Origin: a bacterium
GTDB lineage: Bacteria; Electryoneota; JAOADG01
Direction of reading: 5' to 3'
DNA length: 64,000 nucleotides
NCBI GenBank assembly: GCA_963681965.1
Contig: OY820579.1
Location: forward strand, 3,840,001 to 3,904,000
The translations under genes and the position numbers were made by a program. This document shows, piece after piece, positions 1-9,205 of this stretch (positions within the stretch are counted from its first letter, which is position 1; the number at the start of each line of letters is the position of its first letter). Under the pieces are notes generated by a model that did not search any database, was not told where the DNA came from, and saw nothing but the letters and a program-made list of their open reading frames with translations.

Positions 1-1082
1 GTGCAACCGATTTTACTGTCAGTACTTATATCGGAGGTTCCTCTTATGATGGTATATATTCAATTTTTCGCGACGATCATTCAATAATTGTCACTGGAGA
101 AACCAGTAGTAATGATTACCCAGTCACATCCTCGGCATTTGATACTTCGTACAATCGGATTAGCAATGATACGATGGATTGTTTCGTTTCGCGCTTCGAT
201 CTTGCCGGTGATCATTTACTAGCGAGTAGTTTTTTAGGTGGAAATGGAAATGATATCGGTTACAGTGTAATTAGCGATCATAATGGCAATCCATTCGTAG
301 CAGGATTCACAACAAGTCCTAGCTTTCCGGTTACGTCAGGTGCTATGGATACTTCCTATAGCGATTTTTCGGGTTTTATTACAAAATTCGATACAACTTT
401 ACATGCTTTAGAATTTAGCACTTTTTTATGTGGCGCAGGAGGTACTTCGATAGTGAATGACCAACGTGATGGGCTGTTTATAACTGGTGGTGCAGTTTCG
501 TCATTTGTCACCACAGAGGGAAGTTTCCAACCAAATTATAATGGTGGTATCAGGGATTGCTTCATCGCACATCTTGACTCGACTGGTAGCAGAATGATAT
601 ATACTTCATTCTTAGGTGGTTCTTCTACCGATGGTGGTACATCAATTGCTTATCTTGGAAATGGTAATCTCGTTATCGGGGGACTAACGAGTAGCAACAA
701 CTTTCCAGTTTCAAGCAGTGCATTCGATACTAGTTATAATGGAGGCACTAGAGATGCTTTTATTTCCTATTTACATTTCGATACGCTAGAAGTATTACCC
801 ATTTCCAATATCCTTCCGTCTTATTATCGTCTAGAGCAAAATTACCCGAATCCCTTCAACTCCACCACCTCACTCTCCTACACTCTCCCAATCTCATCTC
901 ACGTTGATCTTCGTCTCTACGACCTGATGGGGCGCGAAGTTACTACGCTGGTGCAACGCGAACAAATTGCCGGAACCTATCGCGTGTTGCTCGATGGTTC
1001 GCACTTGGCGAGTGGAACCTATTTCGTGCGATTGCAAGCGGGTGCGTTTTCGAAAACTCAGAAGATTGTGCTGTTGAAATAA
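1..1082 (+). CDS. Secreted beta-propeller (SBBP-repeat) protein with T9SS-like C-terminal sorting domain; 5' end lies upstream of the window
   Basis: Frame is open from base 3 (ATDFTVSTYIGGSSYD...). Repeated (S/T)FLGG..D.G.. / G.T.S.nFPV...AFDTSYN units; C-terminal LEQNYPNPFNSTT...LYDLMGREV...SGTYFVRL...KIVLLK. Confidence 0.85.
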   Translation, partial: ATDFTVSTYIGGSSYDGIYSIFRDDHSIIVTGETSSNDYPVTSSAFDTSYNRISNDTMDCFVSRFDLAGDHLLASSFLGGNGNDIGYSVISDHNGNPFVAGFTTSPSFPVTSGAMDTSYSDFSGFITKFDTTLHALEFSTFLCGAGGTSIVNDQRDGLFITGGAVSSFVTTEGSFQPNYNGGIRDCFIAHLDSTGSRMIYTSFLGGSSTDGGTSIAYLGNGNLVIGGLTSSNNFPVSSSAFDTSYNGGTRDAFISYLHFDTLEVLPISNILPSYYRLEQNYPNPFNSTTSLSYTLPISSHVDLRLYDLMGREVTTLVQREQIAGTYRVLLDGSHLASGTYFVRLQAGAFSKTQKIVLLK

Positions 1083-1095
1083 TTCATATTGTGAA

Positions 1096-1390
1096 GTAGG
1101 GGAGGGCTCGTGAGCCCTCCCGCATATTTTTTGGTAGGGGCGGTTCGCGAACCGCCCGTATCGCCTGAAGGTTGCACAAATTTAAATTATATGCACGGGA
1201 TATAACAGCATTATTTTAATTGTGAATCCGATTACGATCGTTTATCTAGATCAGACACGGGCGGTTCGCGAACCGCCCCTACCAAAAGATAGATTGCCAC
1301 GTCCGAAGCTCGCGTCGTCCTCGCAACGACATATCAGGATACAGGAATCAAGATACAAGATATGGTCAGAACAAGTTCTGACCTACGGAT
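1096..1390. repeat. REP-like palindrome cluster, including an inverted pair of GTAGGGGCGGTTCGCGAACCGCCC
   Basis: GTAG-tagged hairpins at ~1096, ~1135 and (inverted) ~1259-1281; GATTGCC...CCTCGCAACGACA at ~1293-1332; GGTCAGAACAAGTTCTGACCTAC at ~1364. Confidence 0.85.
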
Positions 1391-1485
1391 AAGAAGGTAG
1401 GCGCCCCTACGATCAGATCCGAATGATCTCACAGCAGCATTCTCAACCCACCCACCAAAAATTTTATCGACCACCGCCAAATCGA

Positions 1486-1514
1486 TTGACAAAATCGGAT
1501 TCGGGATATATATT
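1486..1514 (+). promoter_or_regulatory. sigma70-type promoter of the padR operon
   Basis: TTGACA-17 bp-TATATT, 32 bp upstream of the ATG at 1547. Confidence 0.7.
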
Positions 1515-1546
1515 TATTCTTAGTTACAGAAGATATAGGATATGCG

Positions 1547-1873
1547 ATGGAACTGTTGTCCCGGGTCGAGGAATTGTTGCTGTTGTCCGTGATCGAATTG
1601 CGCGAAAATGCTTACGGTGTCACGTTGCGTGAGAAATTAAACGACACTGTCGGTAAAATTCATGCGCTCGCAGTGGTGTATGTTTCGCTCGATCGGCTGG
1701 TGGCACGCGGCTTGCTGGACACCGTCATGACTGCGCCGGAACCGGTGCGCGGCGGTCGTGCCAAACGCACCTACCGGATCACAGCCGATGGTTTGAAGGT
1801 GTTGAACGAGCATTACGAATTGCAGCAGAAGATCTGGAAAAATGCACCCGCGCTACTCGGAATCAGCGGATGA
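1547..1873 (+). CDS. PadR-family transcriptional regulator
   Basis: EELLLL...NAYGV.L...VYVSLDRL...GGRAKRTY.IT..G; ATGA overlap with the next gene. Confidence 0.85.
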   Translation: MELLSRVEELLLLSVIELRENAYGVTLREKLNDTVGKIHALAVVYVSLDRLVARGLLDTVMTAPEPVRGGRAKRTYRITADGLKVLNEHYELQQKIWKNAPALLGISG

Positions 1874-3231
1874 ATCCCGACCACCACTCCCCGCATCGCG
1901 GACCGTGGAAGTTGCCCGGGATCGGTGAGAAACTGCTGCTGTTCCTGCTTCCGGTAGAATTGCAGGATGAAATCATCGGCGATCTGACCGAGATATTTCA
2001 GCACGATGTCGGTAGTGAAAATGTCGGACGCGCTCAACAGAATTTCTGGTGGGAATTTATTCAGATGATTCCGTTTCTGCTCCGGAAATTCACTCACAAA
2101 CTGTTATTGAAGAGGTCGACTATGCAGCTCTTCCCGCCGAATATGGCACCATCCCGCAAGCGACGAATCATCGCCGCTCCGATCGTTTATTTACTGATGT
2201 TGTCGGTCACACTGGCAATGACATTTTGGTTCGTGAGTTGGATCGATACTCTGCTCGATTACTCGGAGGATCTGCCGAATCGGGCAACTGCGATGCAGCT
2301 CTGCTATCAACTAGCCGATGCGAATAATCCCGAGAAAGCGCCTGCGATTGCGCCCTATTTTCGCGAATTCATTGCCGATTCAACGATCCGCTCGACGGAA
2401 GTACCTCGGTTTCCGGCGCCTTATTCCAAGTTCCTGCATCCATTCTATGGTTACCGGTTCCATGGCAAACTGGTGATAAAATCGCCGACGCTGCCGCTGG
2501 ACAGCATCCCGACTGCCCTGATCGAACGTACGTTAAATGAATGGGGACAAGTACCACTGTCCGATATGCGAAAACAAATCGTCAACATCCTCAACCGGAA
2601 AGTACGAAATAAAACCAATCTAGATTCCACCCGGATCCTCGAACAGCAATTACAAAAAATGTATCGGAATCCCAGATACAATCCACGGTTCGATTCGTTG
2701 TGGCTGCTGCGAATGAGTACGCTCCCTACCAGCGACACGACTTATTTTCACGGACTGCTGACCAATCGACGGTTATCGCTGGAATTACTGCCGGAAATCT
2801 GGAAGCTGCCAACGAATTGGTGGAATCCCATGTTCCATTTTCTGGCTTCGCCTCCGGATGCGAAAGACGTGCTGGAGAAGGCTTCAGCGGAACAATTTGC
2901 GCTGCTTGCCATTCAGGATGGAAAGATCGTCTATCAGCGCGGCGATTCGATCCATTATCCGAAACGAGTGTACACTTTAAACGCGAATAAATTAACTCGA
3001 TTTGGCGAACAGCATCCCGAAATCGTGGTGTTTCGCTACGATAAAATGAATCCTGCGAAGTTCATTCACAAATACATTTTCAAAATTGTGCGGATTCAAT
3101 GGTATGCATTCCTTGCGATTATCGTATCGGCGCTGGCGTTGGTGCATTATCGCGGCTACAACTCGCGGGCAAAACGTCGCGCCAAGGAACAGGAGTGGGA
3201 AAATGAGCATCGCAATCCTCCTCCATCCTGA
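1870..3231 (+). CDS. Membrane protein with N-terminal permease-prefix-like domain, two TM helices and a large extracytoplasmic loop
   Basis: N-terminal LP.IGEKLL.FLLP....DEIIGDL.E.F, a motif typical of genes following PadR; hydrophobic stretches near aa 100-125 and 405-428. Confidence 0.65.
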   Translation: MNPDHHSPHRGPWKLPGIGEKLLLFLLPVELQDEIIGDLTEIFQHDVGSENVGRAQQNFWWEFIQMIPFLLRKFTHKLLLKRSTMQLFPPNMAPSRKRRIIAAPIVYLLMLSVTLAMTFWFVSWIDTLLDYSEDLPNRATAMQLCYQLADANNPEKAPAIAPYFREFIADSTIRSTEVPRFPAPYSKFLHPFYGYRFHGKLVIKSPTLPLDSIPTALIERTLNEWGQVPLSDMRKQIVNILNRKVRNKTNLDSTRILEQQLQKMYRNPRYNPRFDSLWLLRMSTLPTSDTTYFHGLLTNRRLSLELLPEIWKLPTNWWNPMFHFLASPPDAKDVLEKASAEQFALLAIQDGKIVYQRGDSIHYPKRVYTLNANKLTRFGEQHPEIVVFRYDKMNPAKFIHKYIFKIVRIQWYAFLAIIVSALALVHYRGYNSRAKRRAKEQEWENEHRNPPPS

Positions 3232-3254
3232 GGTTACTCCATTTATGTTCGACG

Positions 3255-3297
3255 ATGACAATTTCATGACAACTTCCCTCTCGATCGGTTGTATCTT
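3255..3297 (+). promoter_or_regulatory. Putative OmpR-family binding site (11-bp tandem repeat) with a -10 element upstream of the histidine kinase
   Basis: ATGACAATTTC ATGACAACTTC (3255-3276), then TATCTT at 3292-3297. Confidence 0.45.
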
Positions 3298-3321
3298 GCT
3301 GTTAACAATGGTGAGGAAATC

Positions 3322-5007
3322 ATGATCGGCTGGAATAAATTTCTGCGCAACCGGAAATGGTTCGGGAGCATGATCGGTGTCTATGCGATTGTCGTATTTG
3401 GATTTCTGGTCTTTTTCGTAATCTCGATCGTCGTCTGGCAAATGTTCTTCCGCGATACCGACCGAATGCCGATTTCGGGCGAGTGTCGGTACGTCAATCT
3501 CGCGATTGCCAACGAGGCGAATGCAATTCTCCTTCCTCATGTCGATGCACTGAATGCCATGCCCAAAACCATCGTGCGTACCGTTGTCCGGGCGAATACA
3601 CTCGATTCGCTGACATTACTACCCGGTGTCGTCAGTGCGTTCTGCCTCGTCGATGGGAAGCAACTGGAAGCCGATCGTAAATCGCAGCCGTCCGTCTGGT
3701 TGCGCGATTCGCTGACGGCAATGCGAACCGAGTTTTATCGCTATCCCAACGCCAGCACCAAATACCGCTTCTCGAATCGCTGTCGTACGGCGGTGTATCA
3801 CCGGGACGGTAAAAAATACTATTTGATTGCCGATGTGTACGATTCCACCGGTACGAAGTGGTGGAACCAAGAGAAGTGGACGGATGCCGATTCAACGAAA
3901 AAAATCGTTCATAATGCGACCGGCAGGTATTATTTGATCGCACTGTTGGTCGACGAAAATTGGCTTCGAACTGAGCTAGCGCACCATTTCGAGCGGGCAA
4001 TGTCCGGCAACGAGAGCTTCCTGTTCTGGAGCGTGGATACGATACAGGGCGGCGCCGGGATTGTCTCCGATGGCGATACGTTGTGGTGGCACGGTCTCCG
4101 CACAATACAACCGGGAATCGTCACCCACGTCGAGGAATTCGAGTTGTTGTCGAATTCATGGTTTCATCCGCGCACGATCTGGAATATGGGCTTTAAACAA
4201 AAGTCGATTGCACAACGTATGGTCAAGCCGATGCTGGCAGTTATTGTCTACTTGTTGTTCACCGGTGCGATCATCTCGGCGCTGCTGGCGTCGCGAAAAC
4301 TCTGGCTGTCGCGGCAACTGGCGCTCGAACAATTCGCCCACGCGATCAAGACCCCCGTCGCACGGATGCGACTTTCTACCGATATGCTGATCGAACAACG
4401 TGCCGCATCGCCGGAACATGAACAGCAATTGCTCGCATCGCTAAATCGCGAATGCAGCCGACTCGAAATGTCGGTTCAGAATGCCGCGCTGGCACTGGAA
4501 GAAGGGGAACATAAGCTCCACTTCGAACCGGTCGATTTGCGCAAATACCTGACGGAAGTATCGGAGATGTGGTTACCGACTTTCGAGCAAATCCAGATTC
4601 CATTCACTGTGAATATCGCCTCCGATGCGACCGTTCCAATGGATCGCAATCTGTTCGGCATCGCGCTCGACAACATTCTCGATAACGCGTTGCGTCATAC
4701 CCGATTGAATCGCGAAAAAGTATTTTTACCCGGGAAATTACAGGTAATGTTATCGTTGACTCTCACTGGGTCGAATGCGGTGATCGCCGTGACCGACAGC
4801 GGCGCCGGAATCCCGCCACAGGTGCTGAAGACGATCTTCCACCGTTTCGAACGGAGTGGCGATCGCGCATTGTCGGGTGTGAGTGGTCTCGGTATCGGGC
4901 TAGCCATCGCGCAGGAGATCGTGGCATCGCATAAGGGTACGATTGTCGCAGAGAATTGTCCGGAAGGTGGCGCGCGATTTATCATCTCGCTGCCGCTGAA
5001 ATCGTGA
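3322..5007 (+). CDS. Membrane sensor histidine kinase (HisKA + HATPase_c)
   Basis: H-box FAHAIKTP, N-box NILDNALRH, G1 DSGAGI, G2 GLGIGL; two TM helices; GAGGA RBS before ATG 3322. Confidence 0.9.
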   Translation: MIGWNKFLRNRKWFGSMIGVYAIVVFGFLVFFVISIVVWQMFFRDTDRMPISGECRYVNLAIANEANAILLPHVDALNAMPKTIVRTVVRANTLDSLTLLPGVVSAFCLVDGKQLEADRKSQPSVWLRDSLTAMRTEFYRYPNASTKYRFSNRCRTAVYHRDGKKYYLIADVYDSTGTKWWNQEKWTDADSTKKIVHNATGRYYLIALLVDENWLRTELAHHFERAMSGNESFLFWSVDTIQGGAGIVSDGDTLWWHGLRTIQPGIVTHVEEFELLSNSWFHPRTIWNMGFKQKSIAQRMVKPMLAVIVYLLFTGAIISALLASRKLWLSRQLALEQFAHAIKTPVARMRLSTDMLIEQRAASPEHEQQLLASLNRECSRLEMSVQNAALALEEGEHKLHFEPVDLRKYLTEVSEMWLPTFEQIQIPFTVNIASDATVPMDRNLFGIALDNILDNALRHTRLNREKVFLPGKLQVMLSLTLTGSNAVIAVTDSGAGIPPQVLKTIFHRFERSGDRALSGVSGLGIGLAIAQEIVASHKGTIVAENCPEGGARFIISLPLKS

Positions 5008-5020
5008 TGGAGCGCGACCT

Positions 5021-5698
5021 ATGGCGAATATTCTAATTGTCGAAGACGATCCCGAATTGGGACCGCAGCTCCAATACAATATCGAGTTGGAAGGGCATCG
5101 GGCGACACTCGCAACCGATGGTCGGGTGGCACTGCAGTACGTTCGCAAAGGGCAATATCAATTGCTGTTGCTCGATTGGATGATTCCGGGACTTGATGGT
5201 TTGACGGTGCTCTCGCGATTGCGAGCGGATGGAATCGAAATTCCGGTGATAATGTTGACGGCGAAGGGGCGCGAGCAAGACCGGTTGGACGGCTTTCGCG
5301 AAGGGTGCGACGATTATGTCACCAAACCGTTCTCGCTGCTGGAATTGCTCTCGCGGATTCGTGCGGTACTGCGGCGGTCAGGCTATCGCGTCGAACGGCA
5401 AACGTTGCGCTCCGACGATTTATTGATCGATCCGACTGCCTATACTGCGACATTTCGGAATTCTCCACTGGATCTAACGCCGAAAGAATTCGAGTTGCTC
5501 TATCAATTGGTGTCGCATCCCCGGCAGACGCTCTCGCGCAATTATCTACTCGAAGAAGTGTGGGGTGAGAACTGCGATATTACGAATCGCACGATCGACA
5601 ATCATGTTGCAGCGTTGCGCAAGAAACTCGATCTCAATCCGGAGCATCCGTCGCGCATTGCCACAGTTCATAAAGTTGGCTATCGCTGGGACGGGTGA
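5021..5698 (+). CDS. OmpR/PhoB-family response regulator
   Basis: ILIVEDD, LLDWMIPG.DG, MLTAK, DDYVTKPF receiver domain; C-terminal wHTH LTPKEFELL...RTIDNHV..LRKKL...GYR. Confidence 0.95.
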   Translation: MANILIVEDDPELGPQLQYNIELEGHRATLATDGRVALQYVRKGQYQLLLLDWMIPGLDGLTVLSRLRADGIEIPVIMLTAKGREQDRLDGFREGCDDYVTKPFSLLELLSRIRAVLRRSGYRVERQTLRSDDLLIDPTAYTATFRNSPLDLTPKEFELLYQLVSHPRQTLSRNYLLEEVWGENCDITNRTIDNHVAALRKKLDLNPEHPSRIATVHKVGYRWDG

Positions 5699-5715
5699 TC
5701 CATCCGTGAATTTTT

Positions 5716-6383
5716 TTTAGGTCGGAATTTATTCCGACTCTTTCTTACTGTTTTGGGTAGCGGCGGACTTTAGTCCGCTTTCGTTTGCGGTATCTGTTCT
5801 GTTTTCTTTTTTTACCCGCATGCTTCAGCCTGCGTTTCTTTTTTCATCTTTTTCTTTCCCAACACCCACCACCCATTTTTTCAGTAGGGGGCATCCCCGT
5901 ATGCCCCCGCTCATGTAACTGTTTTATCATTCATCTGCGAAAAAGACAAGCGAATAAATGCCCAATCGGAGTTGGGCAGTACTATAAGAAAAACGTTGGC
6001 TGAAGCCTGCGGCTACGCAGAAAGCAAAAAGCGGACTAAAGTCCGCTGCTACTAAATGAAATAAAAATAATCGGGCGGACACGGGGGTCAGTCCCAACTA
6101 AAAAAAGAAAGAGTCGGAATAAATTCCGACTTACGGAAAAGAAGATTCTCGCAGGCTCGGAGGTCTGTGCCACCATAAACAAGACACAAGAGGTGGTCAG
6201 AACAAGTTCCGACTTACGGAAAAGAAGATTCTCGCAGGCTCGGAGGTCTGTGCCACCATAAACAAGACACAAGAGGTGGTCAGAACAAGTTCTGACCTAC
6301 GGAAAAGAAGATTCTCGCAGGCTCGGAGGTCTGTGCCACCATAAACAAGACACAAGAGGTGGTCAGAACAAGTTCTGACCTAC
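5716..6383. repeat. Mosaic REP cluster including three ~83-bp tandem units
   Basis: GTCGGAATTTATTCCGAC, GCGGACTTTAGTCCGC, TGCCCAATCGGAGTTGGGCA, and tandem CGCAGGCTCGGAGGTCTGTG + GGTCAGAACAAGTTCTGACCTAC units at ~6131-6383. Confidence 0.85.
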
Positions 6384-6435
6384 AGTAAAACGATCGTTCT
6401 ATTTTTTACCAAGCACTAAGTACCATTCACCACCC

Positions 6436-6747
6436 CTACTCCAACATCGTCCGCATCTGATCGATGTATTGCAGATATGCCTTGCGTCCCACGAGTGTCA
6501 TTTCATACATCGTGTGCGGTTTCCGCTCGATGAATTCCTTCTTCACGGTGATGTATCCTGCCGACTCCAATTTCATCATGTGCGACGAGAGATTTCCCTG
6601 CGTCATCCCGGTTTGATTCATCAGAAAAACGAAATCGGCGCGCTTCACGACCGACAACACCTTCATTATCAAGAATCGTGCAGGCTCGTGAATGATGCGA
6701 TCGAGTTGCGGGAACCCGCCCGGATCGGGCAATTCGGGAGCTTTCAT
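6436..6747 (-). CDS. Winged-helix transcriptional regulator (ArsR/MarR-like, HTH_34 type)
   Basis: LDRIIHEPARF.IM..L....ADFVFL...TGMT.GNLSSH..KLE.AGYI...K.F..RKP.T.Y..T..G. Confidence 0.85.
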   Translation of the reverse strand: MKAPELPDPGGFPQLDRIIHEPARFLIMKVLSVVKRADFVFLMNQTGMTQGNLSSHMMKLESAGYITVKKEFIERKPHTMYEMTLVGRKAYLQYIDQMRTMLE

Positions 6748-7955
6748 GTTTCCTCCCCCAATTCCGGAACCGGTGTGTGCATGAATGCGATCGCACGTTT
6801 CAAACCGAGCACGAATGCCAGCGCCGCAGTGATTACCGACGCTGCTTCCAGCGGTAATTGAAATGCCCGCAATGCCAGATACAATGCACCGATCGAGATC
6901 AATGGCAGAGAAATTCGATCGATTTTAGTAACGCGATTTGCAACAATCATCTCGATTGCAGTAAATGCGACGATAACAACATCGAGATAAGATGATATTA
7001 GTTGCGATGTACTTTGCGATACATTTTGCGGAAGTGTGATAATAATAAAGTAGGGCAACATAAATGCCGGTGCCAACCACGCTGACCCGCGAGATTGATC
7101 GATCTTAGCCGCTTTTTCGTACAATGCAATCGTCATTTTTCGACGCGTAACAAAATATCTCCAGCACGAAGGAATCGTAACCATAGCGATAATGGAAACT
7201 CCCGATTTCCACGATAATTCCCAAAATCGTGCACCGATCGTGATGTATAATCCTGCGATGATGAATTCGATAAATCCATCCGAAAGATAATATTTCAAAA
7301 GCGCAAGCTGACGCTCTTCAGTAGGAGCAAATTCGGCTGCTACCGGTGGATGGATCGGATCTCCCTGCGGTACGTCGATCTTCGGATGCCGCTTCAGATA
7401 ACGCCACAACAAAATTCCACCCGAAATTGCCAGAATACCACCGGTGAAAAAGAAACTACCGAGAAACATCTTCTCATAATACAGTGCGATGTACCAATAA
7501 ACCGCATTGATCGCGGCAAACCAATAGAACCGTTTTGCCCGCCGGAAAATCGCAACGCAAATCATCAACGCGACGGTCTCCATTCCACCAAAAAATGCGA
7601 TTTCAGTTTGACCGTCACCGAGCCAGTGTAGTTGGTACTCCTGATTGATTACCAGTAAGCCGAGAATTGCCCACCAGCAGGCTCCATAGGTCAATGTGTG
7701 GAAGAGCGAATTCCGCTTGATCCATTTCGAAAAATCCGGACTGAATTCGACCAACCCAAAGCGCGGCAACCGCACCCATTTCTGCCACATCAGGATCGGA
7801 ACCAACAATAACATCGGTACAATCGCTCCGACTAATTTATTCACCATAATGCAGAGCGGCATGACGATCATCCAGAGCCCGATGCATAATTCGATATGTC
7901 CGTCAGTTACATATTCACGATAAATTTTGTATTCGGTCTCGAGTTCCCGTTTCAT
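6744..7955 (-). CDS. Polytopic membrane protein, paralog 4 of 4 (403 aa; start reassigned to MKRELETEY)
   Basis: ATG at 7955 overlaps the upstream TGA (ATGA); two internal repeats starting DGHIE / DGFIE; mostly hydrophobic. Confidence 0.8.
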   Translation of the reverse strand: MKRELETEYKIYREYVTDGHIELCIGLWMIVMPLCIMVNKLVGAIVPMLLLVPILMWQKWVRLPRFGLVEFSPDFSKWIKRNSLFHTLTYGACWWAILGLLVINQEYQLHWLGDGQTEIAFFGGMETVALMICVAIFRRAKRFYWFAAINAVYWYIALYYEKMFLGSFFFTGGILAISGGILLWRYLKRHPKIDVPQGDPIHPPVAAEFAPTEERQLALLKYYLSDGFIEFIIAGLYITIGARFWELSWKSGVSIIAMVTIPSCWRYFVTRRKMTIALYEKAAKIDQSRGSAWLAPAFMLPYFIIITLPQNVSQSTSQLISSYLDVVIVAFTAIEMIVANRVTKIDRISLPLISIGALYLALRAFQLPLEAASVITAALAFVLGLKRAIAFMHTPVPELGEET

Positions 7956-9205
7956 TTCGCTACCTCTTCCACCGGTTCGACGATCGGATCGAATTGCAGC
8001 GGAGTGCGAAGAAACCGAATCGCTTTCAATACACCGAATGAAAACATCGTCAATCCGGAAATGATCGACGCATCGGCAGACGATACTTTGCAAAATCGTA
8101 ACACCAGATAGAGGGCACCAGTACCGATCAATTGAATTAGGTCGCTGCGACTTCGGGATTTTCCAAGCACAATCAAGCCGAATGCAACGATACACCCAAC
8201 CCACAATAAATCGATCGATCCATCGAGCACTGGTGGTATAAATTTTGGTTGATAGCGCGGGACATACCAAAACATGAGGAGTGGAAGAAAAGCAAACATT
8301 TGGTATGGCGAAATATTCGCAGCGCTGACTTCTTCGGCAAATCTAAAATTCTCATTTTTGATTTTCCGCCTGATAACGTACGAATTCCAGAGATTCGAAA
8401 TAATGAGACATCCTGCGAAACAAGAAGTAAACGTAATATTCGAAGAATAGTCCCAATTCGGTTTCCAGATTTCCTGACCAATAATCAAGAACAATAGAGC
8501 ACAACTGAAATCATTTACACCGGTTGATAAATAGGTTGAACTAATCCTCTTTGCAGTATCGATCCGTCTGTCGAATGCCGCATCGGCTGCGGGATGCGGT
8601 GGCTCTTCAACAACTGCCATCGGTTTAGGATAACGATTCAGAAATTGCCTGACTTTGAATCCACCATAGAGAATAAGTGCCAGACTCAGCATCAGGAATG
8701 GATAGGCAGGATGAATTAATTTCCACGACACCATTCCCCAACCGAGTGTATTGATCGCGGCAAACAAGTAGTGCTGCGGTGCTTTCCGGGTGATCGCGAT
8801 TACGATCAACCAGAGATCGATCAGCAGACATACTTCCCAAACAATGTTGGTCTCTTGCGGCGGAATCCAAACGGTGAGATCGTTCTGCCGAAACATCAAG
8901 AGATAGTGCAACGCGACGAACAGCGCAATGAAGATGAAATTCACGACAACAAATTTGAGTAATTCGCGATCGATCATTGGCTGACTGAATTCCACCTGTC
9001 CTTTGCGGGGAATCACGATGCGCTCCCGCCATTCTTGAATTGGGATCAAGATGATTGCCGGAACCAGCCACAAAAATACCTGATTGAATTGAAACAACGT
9101 ACAGCCGCCAAATATCAGCAGTCCTAGCCCGACGAACAATTCGACATGACCGTCGGCGATATATTTGCGATAAGTGTTCCACTCTTTTTTGAGTTCAGTG
9201 TTCAC
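7952..9205 (-). CDS. Polytopic membrane protein, paralog 3 of 4
   Basis: Shares EW..YR.Y..DGH.EL..G.G, PR.G.VEFS, AAIN and FL..YPK with its neighbours; 4-bp overlaps at both ends. Confidence 0.85.
   Translation of the reverse strand: MNTELKKEWNTYRKYIADGHVELFVGLGLLIFGGCTLFQFNQVFLWLVPAIILIPIQEWRERIVIPRKGQVEFSQPMIDRELLKFVVVNFIFIALFVALHYLLMFRQNDLTVWIPPQETNIVWEVCLLIDLWLIVIAITRKAPQHYLFAAINTLGWGMVSWKLIHPAYPFLMLSLALILYGGFKVRQFLNRYPKPMAVVEEPPHPAADAAFDRRIDTAKRISSTYLSTGVNDFSCALLFLIIGQEIWKPNWDYSSNITFTSCFAGCLIISNLWNSYVIRRKIKNENFRFAEEVSAANISPYQMFAFLPLLMFWYVPRYQPKFIPPVLDGSIDLLWVGCIVAFGLIVLGKSRSRSDLIQLIGTGALYLVLRFCKVSSADASIISGLTMFSFGVLKAIRFLRTPLQFDPIVEPVEEVAK

Noticed and set aside
7956-8270. N-terminal extension of the 508-aa ORF
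   Set aside because: It overlaps the upstream paralog; homology to the paralogs starts at MKRELETEY (7955).
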